42,114 nt of DNA. It comes from Reclinomonas americana ATCC 50394. Lineage: Eukaryota. The DNA is taken from contig PS015828.1 of assembly GCA_048213135.1 (NCBI GenBank), positions 1 to 42,114 of the forward strand, written 5' to 3'. A program made the translations under genes and the position numbers. The notes under the pieces were generated by a model, which was given only the letters and a program-made list of their open reading frames with translations, had not been told where the DNA came from and did no database searches. Positions 39,471-42,114 of this stretch are shown here, in pieces. How positions within the stretch are numbered: the stretch's first letter is position 1; the number at the start of each line of letters is the position of its first letter.

Positions 39471-40068
39471 TTAACGCCTCGTGTCGAGCACTGAGAAACT
39501 CGGCACGCCACGCAAAACTGTCACGCGACTCGGATCGCACGGTTCGAACAGCGGCACTGTTGCCTTGTGTTCGTGGAAACTGCGCATCTCACACACCTGA
39601 ATCTCGTCCATGCCGCGATCGGTGAGGCGGAAAATGCCACACGACGGCTGCGCGCGCGGTGCCATGACCACCGCAATGGCTTCGTCGAGAATCGCCTGAT
39701 ACCCAAAATGTGTGTGCATGTCGACGCTCGAGAGGAAGGCGTCTTGTGTCGGATGCGTGTGAATCCACCCGAGGGTGATCAAATTGAGCCGGTTCTGCAC
39801 CTCAAACATCTCGTCCTCGTTGTGCGCCTCGACCGTGTCCGGCGACCCCGACTGCTCCGGAACAATCAGATGACTGACGTGCAATGTGGAGCCCTGCGTG
39901 AGCGGGCAGAGTGAGCTCATTCACCAGACGATGCCTGGATGGGACACGAACCGGAGCACCGGCGAGGATTCCGCAAAACTCGACTTTGCGAGCCGTGTGG
40001 TCACTGGCCAGCTCCAAAAAGCGCAACAACAGCTCCTCGTCAATGGTAATCGGGCGCAGCCGCGGCTG

Positions 40069-40107
<39 letters not shown>

Positions 40108-41067
40108 AGTGGTGGCAGCACTTGACCCTCCCGCCGCTGGTGGTGGAAGAGATGCCGGTGGTGGTGGTGGCTGCGGCATGGGCGACATTTCTGACCAATC
40201 AGGCGGTGTGTACGGCGGCGGTGGTCCCAGCGACGACGGAGGCGTCGACGGCAGCACTGGCATGGGCGCTGTTGGCGGCGGCGGCAGACCGAGTGCACTA
40301 AACGACGCCGGTCGATCCCACTCATCATCGTACGCCGGTGGCAGGTTCTTGCCCACAGCAGCCGCCGCCGCGACTGACGGAGCTCCCAGAGGCGCCGACG
40401 GCACCAGCGGCATGTCAAACAAGTCATCCGCGGCCGGCAGTGGCACAATCCCCACACGTTCTGTCATCACTGGAGGTGGCAATGACACTGCTGCTGCTGC
40501 TGCTGCCGAAGCTGCTGCTGCCTGTTGCTCCTCCTCCAGCGCTCGTCTTTGCTGCTGCTGCTCGGCCTCGTGTCGCTGCCGCATGACCTGCTTCACAGTG
40601 TCCGCGTACGCCTCACATTCGTCCATGAAGCGCTCGGCGAACCGACGCGTCTCGTTGACTTGCGATTGCAGCTTCCGATTGCCGGCGCTGTTGAGTGCCG
40701 GGTGCCTCAGAATCACTTGAAAATACAAGCTGTCGTGAGGGCACACAGTGAGCGAGAGACAGTGAGAATGAGCGAGGTAAAGAGTGACGACGCACCACAC
40801 ATATCGCCACAGTGCGACATAGAGATACTCGCGTTTGTTGTCACTGCGGTACTCTTGGATCTGTGGAGTGTGTGAGCAGCTGCGTTGTGTCTTCAAGCGC
40901 GCGTCTGTCTGTGAGACCTTTTCTCGCAAGTTCCTCGCCACATTGAGGTACGTCGACACGGTGCGATTGGTGTCCACTTGTGTGCACAGTGGCTCCGACT
41001 CGGCACGCTCGCGCAAGCCGCGCAGGTACTCTTTCACTTGCGCGTCAAGCCCGCTCTCGTCGCTCAT
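39471..41067 (-). CDS. STAMBP: AMSH/STAMBP-like JAMM (MPN+) deubiquitinase with N-terminal MIT/USP8-dimer-like domain
   Basis: N-terminal TVSTYLNVARNL..EYLYVALWRY..ILRHP; Pro-rich linker; FLELASDHTARKVEFCGILAG; LIVPEQSG; LGWIHTHPTQDAFLSSVDMHTHFGYQ..EAIAVVMAP..GIFRLT. Confidence 0.92.
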
Positions 41068-41485
41068 CGGAAAGGAAGAACGTCGCGACGGGTGAAGATG
41101 AAAGTTCGATTTCGGCAGACGTCGACGTTGCGCTTTGTGTCCCTTCTCGATGGTCGCCAGTGATGCGGAACGAGTGTATTGGGGGTAAGAGGGTGTCTGC
41201 GCTGCTCTGTTGGCGCTGAAAACCCTTTGTATGCCGACGTCGACTACAAAATCGCTGATTTTCCATACCTCGCTCTTGCATAGTGCCTGCATGCATGCGG
41301 CATGTTGTGCGATTATTCGCGCTGTGTGGCCGAGTGATCGTTGATGTGCCACGCTGGAATCAATGCATCCTGGGACAGTCCCGGTGGCCTGTGAAACACC
41401 ATTGTCCACATTTGTTAATCTCGTGCGCCGCGTGTTTCCTGTTGTCAGGCGAGAGAGAGAGAGAGAGAGAGAAGACATATAAACA

Positions 41486-42114
41486 ATGGTGGAAGCTGAG
41501 ACGCGCAAACGCCTCATTCTGAACACTTGTGTGTTGGTGTTCCTCGTGTGGTACTCCCTCTTCAACTTCCGACTCTTCGCCTCCACACTGTTGACATTGC
41601 CGTTCATCGCCTTCGCCTTCCTCGACAAGTCCACTGTGCTCTTCCGCCTGCTCATGGACAAGGTGTGTGTGTGTGCGTGTGTGCGTGGAGAAGGGGGGTG
41701 ACATTGCGTGTGCCCTCGCACTCTCTCACACTCACACACGTGTCTGTGTTTGTTATGTAAAGTGCCCGCCTGTGCGTCGTTGGTTCTGGAAGCGCTGGTA
41801 CGACTTTTGCGGGCGCGCTGCGCAGACCAGTCAGATCCACTTCCTCAACTACGGCTACGACAGCCCCGTGTATGCCAACTTCCCAGTTGCGACACATGTG
41901 TATGTTGTGTGTGTGGCAAGAGAGAGACTGATGGATGTGAGGATTTACGTACAGTTGGACGGATCGCAAGAGCCCAATCGATATTCGATTCAGCTGTACC
42001 ACTTTACGGCGACCTCGTCGGGCCAGTCGTTGCAGAATTGCGATATCCTCGATGTGGGATGCGGGCGTGGCGGTGGCACCAGGTCCGCGATTCCTTGCCT
42101 CCCATCTCTCTCTC
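41486..42114 (+). CDS. Class I SAM-dependent methyltransferase with N-terminal hydrophobic helices (partial, runs off the window)
   Basis: MVEAETRKRLILNTCVLVFLVW..|..WKRWYD..IHFLNYGY..|LDGSQEPNRYSIQLYHFTAT..ILDVGCGRGGG (SAM motif I). It resembles the mycobacterial Rv2952-type lipid O-methyltransferase family. Confidence 0.8.

Noticed and set aside
39802-41739. 645-aa ORF as a single protein
   Set aside because: Read-through of in-frame AMSH introns, intergenic DNA and the antisense of the methyltransferase. The real start is probably 41067.

Overview
Gene-dense, GC-rich, microsatellite-rich eukaryotic DNA, probably from a flagellated protist since ARL3 and a BART-domain gene are present. It has three assembly gaps and many short GT-AG introns (about 60-90 nt). 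Manual splicing gives about 14 genes: secreted EGF-PhoD-EGF phosphatase (-), TPR protein (+), unknown (-), ARL3 (-) head-to-head with a BART-domain gene (+), secreted PG-binding/YkuD L,D-transpeptidase (-), unknown (-), divergent UBA1/UBA6-like E1 (+), ZNFX1-like helicase/RING/RZ ligase (-), EMC8/9 (+), cathepsin C (-), p25alpha-like protein (+), AMSH/STAMBP (-) and a partial SAM methyltransferase (+). The strongest hidden signal is in the splicing. (i) Predicted 1-4 nt microexons are needed to restore frame or conserved motifs, including the cathepsin C catalytic His, two consecutive 2-nt exons in its NSWG motif, and residues around the E1 catalytic Cys. (ii) At least 25 introns use a +1-shifted donor, GTTGCG, and none of these has G at exon position -1. 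All gene models are hand-derived and have no transcript support.
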